Source: Macrostomum lignano (lineage: Eukaryota). From it: a stretch of 64,000 nucleotides of DNA. Shown in pieces: positions 39,931 to 53,340 of the stretch. Position 1 is the first letter of the stretch, and every line of letters begins with the position of its first letter. Under the pieces are notes generated by a model. That model ran no database searches, had not been told where the DNA came from, and saw nothing but the letters and a program-made list of their open reading frames with translations. The position numbers and the translations under genes were made by a program. The stretch covers positions 309,679-373,678 of the forward strand of contig NIVC01001050.1 of the NCBI GenBank assembly GCA_002269645.1, in the 5' to 3' direction.

Positions 39931-40419
39931 AAACGATGAAAAACATCTTAATTCAATTAATGCGAAAAAGCACATCGAATTCTAGAAAGTTCGGCCAAGA
40001 TTTCTTGTCAGCTTATCAGCAGCTGGGTCTTTTCGTGGTTGGCTGTTGCACTTTTTTGCCGAAATTTCGGCTTTAGGCGTGCGGAATCCATTAGCATGGA
40101 TTTTATAGTAACTCTGTAGCTCGGAGGGAATCAGATTGGGCTGAGGCAGTTAGGAACCGCTCCGCATCACCCGCGTCTTGCGCAGTTAATTTCGACCCGA
40201 AGTGAAAGAAATTCCACATCGTACTTGGGGAAGAAAGCAAAGAATCATTTGGGGTTGAAGGCCCATGAAATAAACGACAGGGTTTATCTGGTGAAAGAAA
40301 AGTTTAAATGACCAGGGCTGCCCTCAGTAACCCGTTGGGGCTCTGAATAATCTAATTTTATGACCCAGCGACAAGGCTGGCTGGGGTTAGGCTGGGCTGA
40401 AACAGATGCTATGAGATAC

Positions 40420-40424
40420 AGGCG

Positions 40425-40488
<64 letters not shown>

Positions 40489-40491
40489 CTA

Positions 40492-40524
<33 letters not shown>

Positions 40525-40531
40525 CACAGAC

Positions 40532-40572
<41 letters not shown>

Positions 40573-40635
40573 CTAAGACAGACAGACAGACAGACAGACA
40601 GACACACAGACCGACAGACAGACAGACAGGCAGGC

Positions 40636-40670
<35 letters not shown>

Positions 40671-40695
40671 AAGACAGACAGACAGACAGACAGAA

Positions 40696-40752
<57 letters not shown>

Positions 40753-40829
40753 CACAGACAGACAGACAGACAGAAAGACAGACACAGACAGACACACAGA
40801 CAGACAGACAGACAGACACAGACAGACAC

Positions 40830-40876
<47 letters not shown>

Positions 40877-40971
40877 CACAGACAGACAGACACAGACAGA
40901 CACAGGTCCAGACACACAGACAGACAGACACAGACAGACACACAGACAGACAGACAGACACAGACAGACAC

Positions 40972-41030
<59 letters not shown>

Positions 41031-41135
41031 CACAGACAGGCAGACAGACAGACAGACAGTCAGACAGAAAGACACAGACAGACACACAGACAGACACACA
41101 GACAGACAGACAGACAGTCAGACAGACACGCACAC

Positions 41136-41174
<39 letters not shown>

Positions 41175-41330
41175 CAGACAGACACACAGACAGACAGACA
41201 GACACAGACAGACACACAGACAGACAGACAGTCAGACACAGACAGACACACAGACAGACAGACAGACACACAGACAGACAGACAGACACAGACAGACACA
41301 CAGACAGACAGACAGTCAGACACTAAGACA
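40420..41330. repeat. (GACA)n/(CA) compound microsatellite
   Basis: Source of the QTDR/CLSV artefact ORFs. Confidence 0.96.
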
Positions 41331-41932
41331 GGCTATTAGAGACAGAGAACATTGCCTGTCGTACGACTGAAAAAATCATGCGACTGTCCAGCCATCGGAT
41401 CAGACATTCTGATGGCTGATTAGCCATAGACTGTCTAGGAAATTGGCTGTAGAAAAGAGACGGCACCTCCGTACTTTGCACCCTCACCCTGTCTGTTCCC
41501 CGGCTTAGCTCCTCTCTATGCTGTTAGTATAGAAAAAATCTAACTTCTGACACAAAACTGCGCGCCGTTTGTCGCTTTAGAATTTGGGCGAGAGTGGCTT
41601 GGCTCTTGCGCAGGAAGCTGCCGTCAGCTTCCTTCCCCCGCAGCCTCCTCTTCCTCATACAGCGTCAGCATTCAGAGAGCCCACAGCCGCGTTGCCCTCA
41701 GCAAGAGCCTTCTGCTATAAATAGCATCCCAGATGCGATTGGTCCAGGAAGTCTCAGTGGCCCATTCTGTCTCCTTCTCTCCCTCACTTCCACAACCTTT
41801 TTAGCATTGAAGAAAGGAAGAGCGTGGAACAATTTACTCCAAGGTCGTAATGCGCACATAGATCGACTGTCTTGATTGCGCAGAAAGCCTAGTTTATCGA
41901 GTCGGAGATCACCGATCGCATTCTTGCGCAAC

Positions 41933-42208
41933 ATGTACTCAGAAGTTACCAATCACAGTCAGCAATCGTTGCAACAGGATCCAGAGCTGCAGCAGCTGCA
42001 GCAGCCGCTCGATCAGCATCCAGTTGATCACGAGGCTGATGAAGAAGATCCCGATGCAGGAGCTCCAGCATCTGGGGAGAACAGACCAAGCTGCTGCTCA
42101 AACCAGGAAGATGCCGTGCTCATCTATCAGGCGAAATTTCGATTCGAGGATCAGCTGGGAAGGCAGACAAGAAGCGACTCGCTCAAAATGGAGGCAGCTG
42201 GCCACAAG
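41933..42208 (+). CDS. SLC9B2: SLC9B-like antiporter, putative coding exon 1 (MYSEVTNHSQ...MEAAGHK)
   Basis: ATG at 41933, AAG|GTGAGG donor, 276 nt; phase 0 matches the next exon. Low-complexity N-terminus, assigned by splice logic rather than homology. Confidence 0.6.
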
Positions 42209-42305
42209 GTGAGGCCAAGAATCCTCCACGGTAGTAAATATTTACAGGAGGGTTGTGGACCATCGTCCCAAAGGGTTTGGCCTGCATGGGTATGAATCAG
42301 CATTA

Positions 42306-42580
42306 TTAGTCATTTAGAGACAAGTGTTCTACAAATTCGGCACAATGCTGTGATTCAAGTTGATATTCAAGCCGATCAAGTGTAGAGTCCCCATTCGCTG
42401 CAACACCAGCAACTGACGCAGAAGTGCACTCGTCCGTAGCTAATAAAGCCCGATTAAGTTGATAAAAATCAGTCAACTTGATAGTTCCATTAAAATCAGC
42501 ACTAAGTATCATGAATGAAGCTCCACTTTATTGTCGATGGCTCAGTGCAGTTCTGAGCACAGAATATCGTGGTTCTGAAG
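42306..42580 (-). mobile_element. Possible decayed LINE (RTE/L2-like) endonuclease fragment
   Basis: Across a stop and a frameshift the frame reads SELH*AIDN..SFMILSADFNG, resembling the APE 'GDFN' region. Short and degenerate. Confidence 0.3.
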
Positions 42581-43179
42581 CAGTGACTGGGGGATTTTCC
42601 GACTGACAGGCGGAACTATCAAATTGGAATAACAAAATAAAATATATATTTTTTTGTCTCTTTTTGGCGTCAAAATGAAGTTTGGAAAGGCTGCGAAATA
42701 TTAGTTTATCAGCTCATAAATCAATCGGAGGCAAGGGAATGAGTAAACGTCAAATCCAAACAAAAATCACTTTTTTATGACAGAAAAAGGACAAACCGGA
42801 AGCAGTAGTGTCGAAAAGCTTTCAGTTTCTGCTGCTGAACAGCATTGATCGAAGAACAAAAATAGTCAAAGCAGTCTTCGAATGAGGCAATTCAAAAACA
42901 GTAAAAACTCAAATCATTCCACGTTTCCTGTCCTGGGAGGAGTTAAGTACGGGCTCCCGGATTGCGAGAGCTATCTATCGTGGCTTGCTCACTTCTCTTT
43001 TTTCAGCATCACGTTGATTTTCTCAATGTTAAAGGTATACGTAAAATCGATTTACGAGTCTTAAAGTTCGCTAACTCTTATGTTTGGAAAAAATAGACCC
43101 TATAGTTCACGTTGCATAGACATGTGCAATGCTTGCGCCTGGATTCCGATATACTCGTATATTGTTTTGCGTCATTGTA

Positions 43180-44230
43180 CATTGGCTTGCGATTCTTATC
43201 ACCGCTATCGCTTGGGTTTTGGAGGGGTGGCGGGTCAGTATGCAATAGCATGCGATTCTTATCACCGCTATCGCTTGGGTTTTGGAGGGGTGGCGGGTCA
43301 GTGTACATTGGCTTGCGATTCTTATCATCGCTATCGCTTTGGTTTTGGAGGGGTGGCGGGTCAGTGTACAATTGCCTGCGATTCTTATCATCGCTATCGC
43401 TTGGGTTTTGGAGGGGTGGCGGGTCAGTGTACAATGGCCTGCGATTCTTATCATCGCTATCGCTTGGGTTTTGGAGGGGTGGCGGGTCAGTGTACATTGG
43501 CTTGCGATTCTTATCATCGCTATCGCTTTGGTTTTGGAGGGGTGGCGGGTCAGTGTACAATTGCCTGCGATTCTTATCATCGCTATCGCTTGGGTTTTGG
43601 AGGGGTGGCGGGTCAGTGTACAATGGCCTGCGATTCTTATCATCGCTATCGCTTGGGTTTTGGAGGGGTGGCGGGTCAGTGTACAATGGCCTGCGATTCT
43701 TATCATCGCTATCGCTTGGGTTTTGGAGGGGTGGCAGGTCAGTGTACAATTGCCTGCGATTCTTATCATCGCTATCGCTTGGGTTTTGGAGGGGTGGCGG
43801 GTTAGTGTGCAATAGCCTGCGATTCTTATCACCGCTATCGATTGGGTTTTGGAGGGGTGGCGGGTCAGTGTACAATGGCCTGCGATTCTTATCATCGCTA
43901 TCGCTTGGGTTTTGGAGGGGTGGCAGGTCAGTGTACAATGGCCTGCGATTCTTATCATCGCTATCTCTTGGGTTTTGGAGGGGTGGCGGGTCAGTGTACA
44001 TTGGCTTGCGATTCTTATCACCGCTATCGCTTGGGTTTTGGAGGGGTGGCGGGTCAGTGTGCAATAGCCTGCGATTCTTATCACCGCTATCGCTTTGGTT
44101 TTGGAGGGGTGGCGGGTCAGTGTACATTGGCTTGCGATTCTTATCACCGCTATCGCTCGGGTTCTGGAGGGATGGCGGGTCAGTGTACAATGGCCTGCGA
44201 TTCTTATCATCGCTATCTCTTGGGTTGCGG
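43180..44230. repeat. 63-bp minisatellite (GCGATTCTTATCATCGCTATCGCTTGGGTTTTGGAGGGGTGGCGGGTCAGTGTACAATGGCCT), ~16-17 copies
   Basis: Period 63 (43378/43441); lies in SLC9B intron 1. Confidence 0.95.
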
Positions 44231-45850
44231 AGGCAATTCTGGTTCACTGTTTATTGGCCTATGGTTTGGTAGTCCTAAATATCAGGAATACTGTATGTGA
44301 TCAGGGGTATATTTGCCACGTTTGCACCCCATTTTCCAGTGCGCGATCACGACTAAGCCATCTGGGTTGCTTTCTGATAGTATAAAAATAGGTACTGTAT
44401 TTTTGCATCCATCAGTTGCTACCTATTGATTCTGTTTGCTTCCCGGAAAGAGACCTCATTGTCTGTAGCAGCATCCATCGATTTCTTCCCTCTTCCCATC
44501 ATTCTTCAGGCCTCAGCAAGAACTCAAAGTAATTGTCTATCTATCTGAGGTGGAGCTTTATCTCCGCGTATTACGCCTTTAGTAGTCTCTGCTTCTCAAA
44601 CAACTTCCTCTCCATATTAGGTCATAGCTGAGGTAGAAAAGCTTTGCAGAGCATTCACTCCACTCTTCTACTCTTTGGTAGTTGGCCTGAGCCTGTACGA
44701 GCGAGTGACTTTAACTTGGCCAAACTAACCAACAATATTTTCCCTAGGAAATAAGGAATGACTTGGGGTCAACTTTGCAAATAAATAACCGTTTAAGTGA
44801 CAGGAAATTATACATAGCTTTGCTACACGCACCAGATCGATCTATTCAACAGAAAGCTGCCATTAAGAGGCCTGTTCATTGTTTCATTCGGCGGGAGATA
44901 ATTCTTGCCTGCGTGCATCCAGAATGAAGGGTAGATGAGCAACAGAGAAAGACAGTCAGTCAATGCACACTGAATGACAATGGAACTCACCTCGTGCATT
45001 CACTGTCAATCCCCCTCTACCCTAACTAGGGGAGGAATCCCAAAATTTGGAGGCACGGAAATTTTCTGCCTCCAATTAAATTGCAGCTAATGCTACGTCC
45101 ATCCTGCTTCTACTCCATTGCAGAGTTGTCAAGGACAAATGGTTTTGAGCGCACTTGCAGTGCTCAGAAACTCTTGCCTAATAAAACGGCACTTGGCTTA
45201 TTAAACAGCTTTCAGACGCTAGAGGGCCATAAACAAAAAAGCCTGAGAAGTTGATAAAATTTAGTAACTCTTGAGCTATAGTTTTTCTTGGCATTTGATC
45301 TGAAAAAACTTGGAACTGACGCCACATTACAGTGCTTAAAATAGCTATTGAGCTAAAAATAGTTCTAGAGTTGGCGTCATGTAGTGGTGCTAATAAAGTA
45401 GTGCTAGTGATAATGACGTCATTAAAAATAGCTGACAAAAAGCCAATGGATGATTACTGGATGCGTGAGAGTGAGAGTGAGAGACTAGTCGAGTATCCCG
45501 AGAAGTTGACGTTTGCCCACTGTCGAGGCTTTGTAAGAAAATCCGGATCTTTGAAGATACAGAAGCTCCACCTGGTGGCGACCAAAGTCAGAGCTGATGC
45601 AGACGCGTGTGGTCAACGTGATGATGAAATTTACCTTCTGGCAGAGTTGTTTGAATATCTCGACCGTCCGGAGGGCTGGCGACTTGATTCTTTTTTTGAG
45701 AGAAAGTGCACAACAAAAATTTGGCCCCTGTTCCTGAATTTTGTGTGCCTGATTCGCTCTGTTCGTTGAGATGCAGAAGAATAGATTGTCCGCTGGTAGT
45801 TTGCTCAATTTAAGCCTTAGGCAAATAATGTCATTAAATCTGTTTTTCAG

Positions 45851-46745
45851 AGCATGCGCGCCCTTCGCCAATCCATCCGGCGGCACGAGACTCGAGCAAA
45901 ACAGCGCCGAAGCTCCGTGGCCCTCCGCCAGGAGACGGTGCTTCCGGTGTCCCAGCCCTCGGGTTTGCCTCAGCCGTCGACACAATCGCCATCGCCTCCG
46001 TCGCTGTCACCTGAGCCGCCGGAAGTCGACAACAGTTGTCGAGCCCGCTGCCTGGCAGCGGTCGAGCGCTGCTGGGACAGGGTCACCCGAGTCGCTTGGA
46101 CTCAGAGAAACCCCCTGCCGGAGGATCCGGCCTGCTGGGAGCGGCTCCGGTTCAATCTGATGTGCCCGCCACACGGCCACGTTGCCAGGTGCATCGCCGG
46201 CGTGCTGTCAATCCTGGTGCTCTACGGTTTGCTGTTCGTCATTGTCGGCGATCATGCTTTACCCAGGCGTTGCATCGCCTTAAACTCGACTACGGCCGCC
46301 AACGCAACCTTAGCAACGGCGAGCTTTCTCAACGATTCAAGTGCGACGTCCGCAGAGCAGATTGAGGAACAGCTCCAATGCTCTGGCGGCAACTTCTTCG
46401 GCCTCTTTGTCCTGTTCGTCTGCTCCATGACTGCGAGCTCGTTGTCGAAGAAGCTGAACCTGCCGCCCCTGCTGGGCATGCTCATCGTCGGCTGCGTCCT
46501 TGGCAACGCGCCTGAGATCAACGTGGCCCGGCACATCAGCAAGGAGTACTTCAACAAGCTGAGGGAACTGGCGCTCTGCACTATCCTGCTCAGAGCTGGG
46601 CTCAGCCTCGACCCCAGCACTCTCAGAAGGCTGTCCGCAACCGTGTTCAGACTGTCATTCATACCCTGTCTGGTTGAGAGCACTGTGGGAGCCATTGCGG
46701 CCTTCTTTATCCTCGGCTTCCCCTGGGAGTGGGGATTTATTCTGG
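45851..46745 (+). CDS. SLC9B2: SLC9B-like exon 2 (..CPPHG..LFVIVGDHALP..GGNFFGL..LPPLLGMLIVG..LRELALCTILLRAGLSLDP..PWEWGFILG)
   Basis: NHA/NHEDC motifs LPPLLGML and ILLRAGL.LDP; TTTTTCAG acceptor, G|GTGAG donor. Confidence 0.93.
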
Positions 46746-46841
46746 GTGAGCAGACATGTTCAAACACCTGAATATTTGAATTTCAGCATTCAAGCTGTTC
46801 ATAAACTGACCTATTGACCCTTTGACCAAATGACCGAACAG

Positions 46842-47221
46842 GCTTCGTCCTAGGAGCAGTCTCGCCGGCCGTTGTTGTCCTGGGCATGCTCAAGCTTGAG
46901 TACCGGGGTTACGGCGTTGAGAAGGGCATCCCGACTCTCATAATTGCCGCCTCATCAATGGACGACGTCCTCGCCATTACGGGCTTCAGTCTGGCTCTCG
47001 GCATGGCATCGAACGATGGGGACGGCAGCATCGCAGGCGCCCTGTTCCGCGGGCCCCGGGACGCCTTCATCGCATAGTCTATGGCTCGGCCCTGGGCGCG
47101 CTGCTCTGGTTCATTCCGGACCAGAAGCACAAGCGGCCAGTCATGTTCCGCTTCATCTTCCTGGTTGGCGGCGGGGTCATCGCTCTGCTGGGCTGCGAGA
47201 AGGCGCACGTTCAAGGCGCTG
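46842..47221 (+). CDS. SLC9B2: SLC9B-like exon 3 with a 1-nt frameshift (FVLGAVSPAVVV..GVEKGIPTLIIAASSMDDVLAITGF..[fs]..LLWFIPDQ..GGGVIALLG..QGAG)
   Basis: AVSPAVVV and the DD ion-binding motif are present. The frame hits TAG at 47075-47077, and homologous sequence continues in another frame; G|GTAAGT donor. Confidence 0.88.
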
Positions 47222-47289
47222 GTAAGTGTTGGAGACAGTCTGCAAACTGATTACATCACTGACCTACCGGCATCCGATCAGTGGTAGAA

Positions 47290-47895
47290 TGAGCTACTGA
47301 CCCACCGATCTTACTGACCCAGCGATGTTACTGACCCACCGATCTTATACTGACCCACCGATCTTATACTGACCCACCAATCTTATTGACCCATCGATCT
47401 GACTGACCCACCGATCTGACTGACCCACCGATCTGACTGAACCACCAATCTTTTTGACCCACCGATCGATACTGACCAACCGATCTTATACTGACCCACC
47501 GATCTTATACTGACCCATCGATCTTACTGACCCACCGATCTGACTGACCCACCGATCTTACTGACTCACCGATCTTATACTGACCCACCGATCTGACTGA
47601 CCCACCGATCTGACTGACCCACCAATCTTTTTGACCCACCGATCTATACTGACCAACCGATCTATACTGACCCACCGATATTATACTGACCCACCGATCT
47701 TATACTGACCCACCGATCTTATTGACCCACCGATATTATACTGACCCACCGATCTTATACTGACCCACCGATCTTATTGACCCATCGATCTTACTGACCC
47801 ACCGATCTGACTGACCCACCGATCTGACTGACCCACCAATCTTTTTGACCCACCGATCTTACTGACCCACCGATCTTATACTGACCCACCGATCT
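47290..47895. repeat. 16-18-bp minisatellite TGACCCACCGATCTTA(TA)C
   Basis: About 35 units at the start of SLC9B intron 3. Confidence 0.92.
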
Positions 47896-48282
47896 TACAA
47901 GGGACCTACTGACGTAGAAAAACAAAGTTCACTCCAGTGCACTTAGCACACTTGAGGGAGGTGCTTTTCTTTAAGATCATCAGACACCATTTGACTGACA
48001 GGTGAGGGCGCAATGCTGGACGATAAGGGGAACATTTCTCCGCCAACTTGCCTCGGGGGAAGTCAATTGGCCATTCAGAAGGCCTTCAAAAACCAGCTGC
48101 CCTTTCTAGAAGTTAAGTTTAGTTGCAGGGCTGCTTTGGCCAGGCAAAGGTACTATATCGGGGTAAATTAATTGTTATTAAAGCTGACTGGCACTTGCTC
48201 GGGGTATGTGGTGGTAGATAGTTATCTACGAGCTATAATAATGTTGTGCATTTCCCAATGGAGTTTTATCGAAACAGCTGAT

Positions 48283-48380
48283 AGATTAGCAATCCATTTT
48301 ATACTTGGTTACTGATGGGAATAGATTAGCAATCCATTTCATACTTGATTACTGATGGGAATAGATTAGCAATCCACTTC
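48283..48380. repeat. ~41-bp short tandem repeat (GATAGATTAGCAATCC...), 2.5 copies
   Basis: ATAGATTAGCAATCCA occurs three times. Confidence 0.75.
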
Positions 48381-49261
48381 ACAAAGCAAACATTTACGAA
48401 ATCGCAAATGTAATTCAATCGTTGCCTCTATCAAATAAGACTATTTCAAACTGAATTTCGAAGTCCAGACAGTGAGATTTTGGGAATTCAGTGCCCCCAG
48501 CAAACTGAAAATTTCCCAATCTCATAACCGGCCCCCAATCGAAATCTGATGGCGCGCGCACAATTATTTCCAAGAAACAGCCACGGAAAATTCGCCGCAA
48601 AATTCCTACAAAGCTGCTCTGCAATCAGGCAGATATTCAAGACCCAAAATCGTGGGAATTATCCCCGGGAAGAGGCGGGCAGATGCCATCCCCCAAAAAA
48701 AGTTCCCATTGAATCTCTTCTGCTGCCTCAGGAGAAGCGCAGTTTGGAGTTCTTTTCCATCTCTCTCTCTCGCTTAATCCCCAAAAAGTGCGGATCGATA
48801 AGCGACACAAAATCCCGTCACTCGTCAAGGCCGCGCAGAGTTCGCATCTAATTTCGATGGACACTTCTTAGTTGTGTTTTTTCCTCTAGAGGAAACCGAT
48901 TTGCTAGACACAGAAGCAGTGCCGTAGTGAAAATCGCAGTCAGGCTGGCACTACTAACTAACCGGACTTGACAGGCGGGAAGGAGGGGGTGCAGTGCCAG
49001 TAATTGATTTGAGAAAGTTTCCAAATTATTGCTGCTCCAGAGCTGTCTGCTGCTTTATTGGACAGAATTTGTTTTTTTTATTATATTAATATTATTTTCT
49101 GAGCCAGCCAACACTGTTTCAGACTTTGTCTGTCTCTCTAGAGGACATCTTTCGGCCGCTATTTCAGCATCTGTATTTTTACATACTGCTTAGTGCATTT
49201 TAGTCTTCTTTATTGCTAACCCTTTGCCATAAACACCTTCAATCTCTTCAAATTTTTACTC

Positions 49262-49520
49262 CCTCCGTCCCCCTCCCTCTCCTTCTCTCCCTCTCCCTCT
49301 CCCTCTCCTTCTCTCCCTCTCCCTCTCCCTCTCCTTCTCTCCCTCTCCCTCTCCCTCTCCCTCTCCTTCTCTCCCTCTCCTTCTCCCCTTCTCCCACTCC
49401 TTCTCTCCCTCTCCCTCTCCGTCTCCCTCTTCTTCCACCTCTCCATCTCCCCTCTCTCTCCCTCTCTCCCTCTCTCCCTCTATCTCCCTCTCTCCCATCT
49501 ATCTCTCTCTGCTTCACCTC
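49262..49520. repeat. CT-rich (CCCTCT)n low-complexity tract
   Basis: Pyrimidine-rich hexamer repeats. Confidence 0.9.
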
Positions 49521-50182
49521 TTCATCTCTCCCCCCGGGGGTAAACCCGAGCGAGTTGAAGAACAATGTACTTTTTGCTAAACTGAACCTCTCTTCTCTCC
49601 CATAGATAGCTTCCCAGCTCCACTTTCTACCTAATTTCTCCTCTCGAATTTCTATTTTTCGTTCTCCACTCTCTCACTCTCTGTACTTCTCGTCGTCTTC
49701 CTCTCTCTCTCTCTCTCTCTCTCTCTGCCCGCAATCTTCTCCCTTAGATGAAGCTTGCATTTCAGATTTACAATGCCTATTAGTCTTCCTGTGTGAGACT
49801 TTTACATCCAATTATAGGTGGCGCGCCCTGGGCTGCAAGTATGCACGAGTAATATTGAACAAATGTGCTGACTTCATTAGGATTATGATTATTTGCACGA
49901 CTTCTTCCCTCACCGAGCTGGCGAGACGCCCCACTGCCCCTTATTTACCAACTGTCTGTCCCGACGACTCCAGGAGATATATCCCTGATTTGGCTAATGC
50001 CATCGCTACAGTGACAGTCTTTGATAGCTCTGGGGCAGCCTCAGGGGGGCTGGCAGCTCCGCCTTGCCTGCCGCATGCGGTGGCGCCGCCTTAGCATTGA
50101 GTTATCGACTCAGAGGAGGGCCTGCGGGCAGCGTCTCAGCGGGAGGGAGTGAGCACAGACGTCTCAGGCTCAGGAAGAGAAG

Positions 50183-50402
<220 letters not shown>

Positions 50403-51159
50403 TTCCAGCACCGGTGGAGAGCTCAGGAGGAAAGGGCGAGATGACGAGGATTCCGTTTCCAAGCCTGGTTAACTCAATTGTGAGCACAAAGTGCCTCACT
50501 CATTCTTCTCTGTCTGTCTTTCCCGCTCTCTCGCTCTTTCTAGCTTTGAAACAGCGGCAGCCGCAGCTCTCAGCTTCTTACTGCTGCTGCTGAAAGGGGA
50601 GAAAACACACGCGCGACTTGACGCTGTTCTTCTCTTCCCCGGCCAAGCGCGAGTAACCGGCAAAATGGAAACCTCCTGAGTCTCCTCAGCTGTCTCTCTC
50701 TTTCTTCATCGCAGCCTCCCGCGGCATAGTAGCCGCTTCCTCATCATTCGTTTTCCTCTAAGACCCCAAGCAGTTTTCTTTCTTTCTTGCATTCTCTTCC
50801 CCTCTTCTCTCCCAGCTCCTCATCTCGAGGCAATTTCCGACGAGTTTAAGCTGTAGCGGGTTGCGTGGGAGGGGCCGGGGGTTGGGGCGGATACTGGTAC
50901 AGAGACTAAAGGGGGCTGGGCTCTGGGGTTCCTGATCGGTTAGATGGGAAACGCCAAATTGGGAAGTAAGGGGAGTTTGGGCAGCAGATTCTGCAGAGTT
51001 CGGCGCTCCAAGATCAGTGCTCTGCAATATTGGCTGGGCCTGTTGCCAAGTAAGTGGTCTCAGAGGAAACTTAATTTGGACTTTTTCCCCAGCCTACGCT
51101 ATGGGTTTGTACAGAAATTTCCCACTAGCCTAAGTCTTGATAGGGCTTTGCATTGATTT

Positions 51160-53340
51160 TAATTCTATACTGCCAAAAGTACGAATAGGCCATTAGTCTA
51201 TTACTATTAAACTAGACTATACTAAGTTAGATTTAGCCCACTAAGCTATGCTATTAGGATACTAAACTAGACTATTAGGCTATAGAACTATACTGTTCTA
51301 TTATCAAACTAGCAATATACCATTTAGGCTACTAAAATAGACCATTAGGTTATTAAACTAAATAATTATGATACTAAACTAGACTATTAGGCTGCTAAAC
51401 TATTAGGTTACTGTAATAGACCATTAGGCTACTAAGATGGACAATTAGGCAACTAAGATGGACCATACTAAAATGTACGGCCCATTAGGCTACTAAAATA
51501 GACTAAAATAGAATAGACCATTAGGCTACTAGAATAGACCATTAGGCTACTAGAATAGACCATTAGGCTACTAAATAGACCATTAGGCTACTAAAATAGA
51601 CCATTAGGCTTACTGCTAGACTATTAGGCGACTGAAATAGAACATTAGGCTACTAAACTCGACTAATATGCTACTAAAATTGACTATTAGGCTACTAAAA
51701 TAGACCATTAGGCTTACTAAGCTAGACCATTAGGCGACTGAAATAGAACATTAGGCTACTAAACTCGACTATTATGCTACTAAAATTGACTATTAGGCTA
51801 CTAAAATAGACCATTAGGCTTACTAAGCTAGACCATTAGGCGACTGAAATAGAACATTGGCTACTCCACTCGACTATTATGCTACTAAAATTGACTATTA
51901 GGCTACTAAAATAGACCATTAGGCTTACTAAGCTAGACCATTAGGCGACTGAAATAGAACATTAGGCTACTAAACTCGACTATTATGCTACTAAAATTGA
52001 CTATTAGGCTACTAAAATAGACCATTAGGCTTACTAAGCTAGACCATTAGGCGACTGAAATAGAACATTAGGCTACTAAACTCGACTAATATGCTACTAA
52101 AATTGACTATTAGGCTACTAAAATAGACCATTAGGCTTACTAAGCTAGACCATTAGGCGACTGAAATAGAACATTAGGCTACTAAACTCGACTATTATGC
52201 TACTAAAATGGACTATTAGGCTACTAAAATAGACCATTAGGCTTACTAAGCTAGACCATTAGGCGACTGAAATAGAACATTAGGCTACTAAACTCGACTA
52301 TTATGCTACTAAAATGGACTATTAGGCTACTAAAATAGACCATTAGGCTTACTAAGCTAGACCATTAGGCGACTGAAATAGAACATTAGGCTACTAAACT
52401 CGACTATTATGCTACTAAAATTGACTATTAGGCTACTAAAATAGACCATTAGGCTTACTAAGCTAGACCATTAGGCGACTGAAATAGAACATTAGGCTAC
52501 TAAACTCGACTATTATGCTACTAAAATTGACTATTAGGCTACTAAAATAGACCATTAGGCTTACTAAGCTAGACCATTAGGCGACTGAAATAGAACATTA
52601 GGCTACTAAACTCGACTATTATGCTACTAAAATTGACTATTAGGCTACTAAAATAGACCATTAGGCTTACTAAGCTAGACCATTAGGCGACTGAAATAGA
52701 ACATTAGGCTACTAAACTCGACTATTATGCTACTAAAATTGACTATTAGGCTACTAAAATAGACCATTAGGCTTACTAAGCTAGACCATTAGGCGACTGA
52801 AATAGAACATTAGGCTACTAAACTCGACTATTATGCTACTAAAATTGACTATTAGGCTACTAAAATAGACCATTAGGCTTACTAAGCTAGACCATTAGGC
52901 GACTGAAATAGAACATTAGGCTACTAAACTCGACTATTATGCTACTAAAATTGACTATTAGGCTACTAAAATAGACCATTAGGCTTACTAAGCTAGACCA
53001 TTAGGCGACTGAAATAGAACATTAGGCTACTAAACTCGACTAATATGCTACTAAAATTGACTATTAGGCTACTAAAATAGACCATTAGGCTTACTAAGCT
53101 AGACCATTAGGCGACTGAAATAGAACATTAGGCTACTAAACTCGACTATTATGCTACTAAAATTGACTATTAGGCTACTAAAATAGACCATTAGGCTTAC
53201 TAAGCTAGACCATTAGGCGACTGAAATAGAACATTAGGCTACTAAACTCGACTATTATGCTACTAAAATTGACTATTAGGCTACTAAAATAGACCATTAG
53301 ATTACTTAACTCGACCATTAGGCCATTAAGCTAGACAATT
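51160..53340. repeat. 21-bp-based satellite: divergent monomers (51160-51590), then a 106-bp five-subunit higher-order repeat x ~16
   Basis: Period 106 (51901/52007); subunits resemble GACCATTAGGCTACTAAAATA. Confidence 0.93.

Noticed and set aside
42306-42512. Protein kinase fragment suggested by IKLTDF
   Set aside because: No DFG, HRD or other kinase motifs; a decayed LINE endonuclease fits slightly better and is itself low confidence.
45332-45769. 145-aa ORF just upstream of SLC9B exon 2
   Set aside because: No recognisable domain or convincing splice sites, and not needed for the SLC9B frame.
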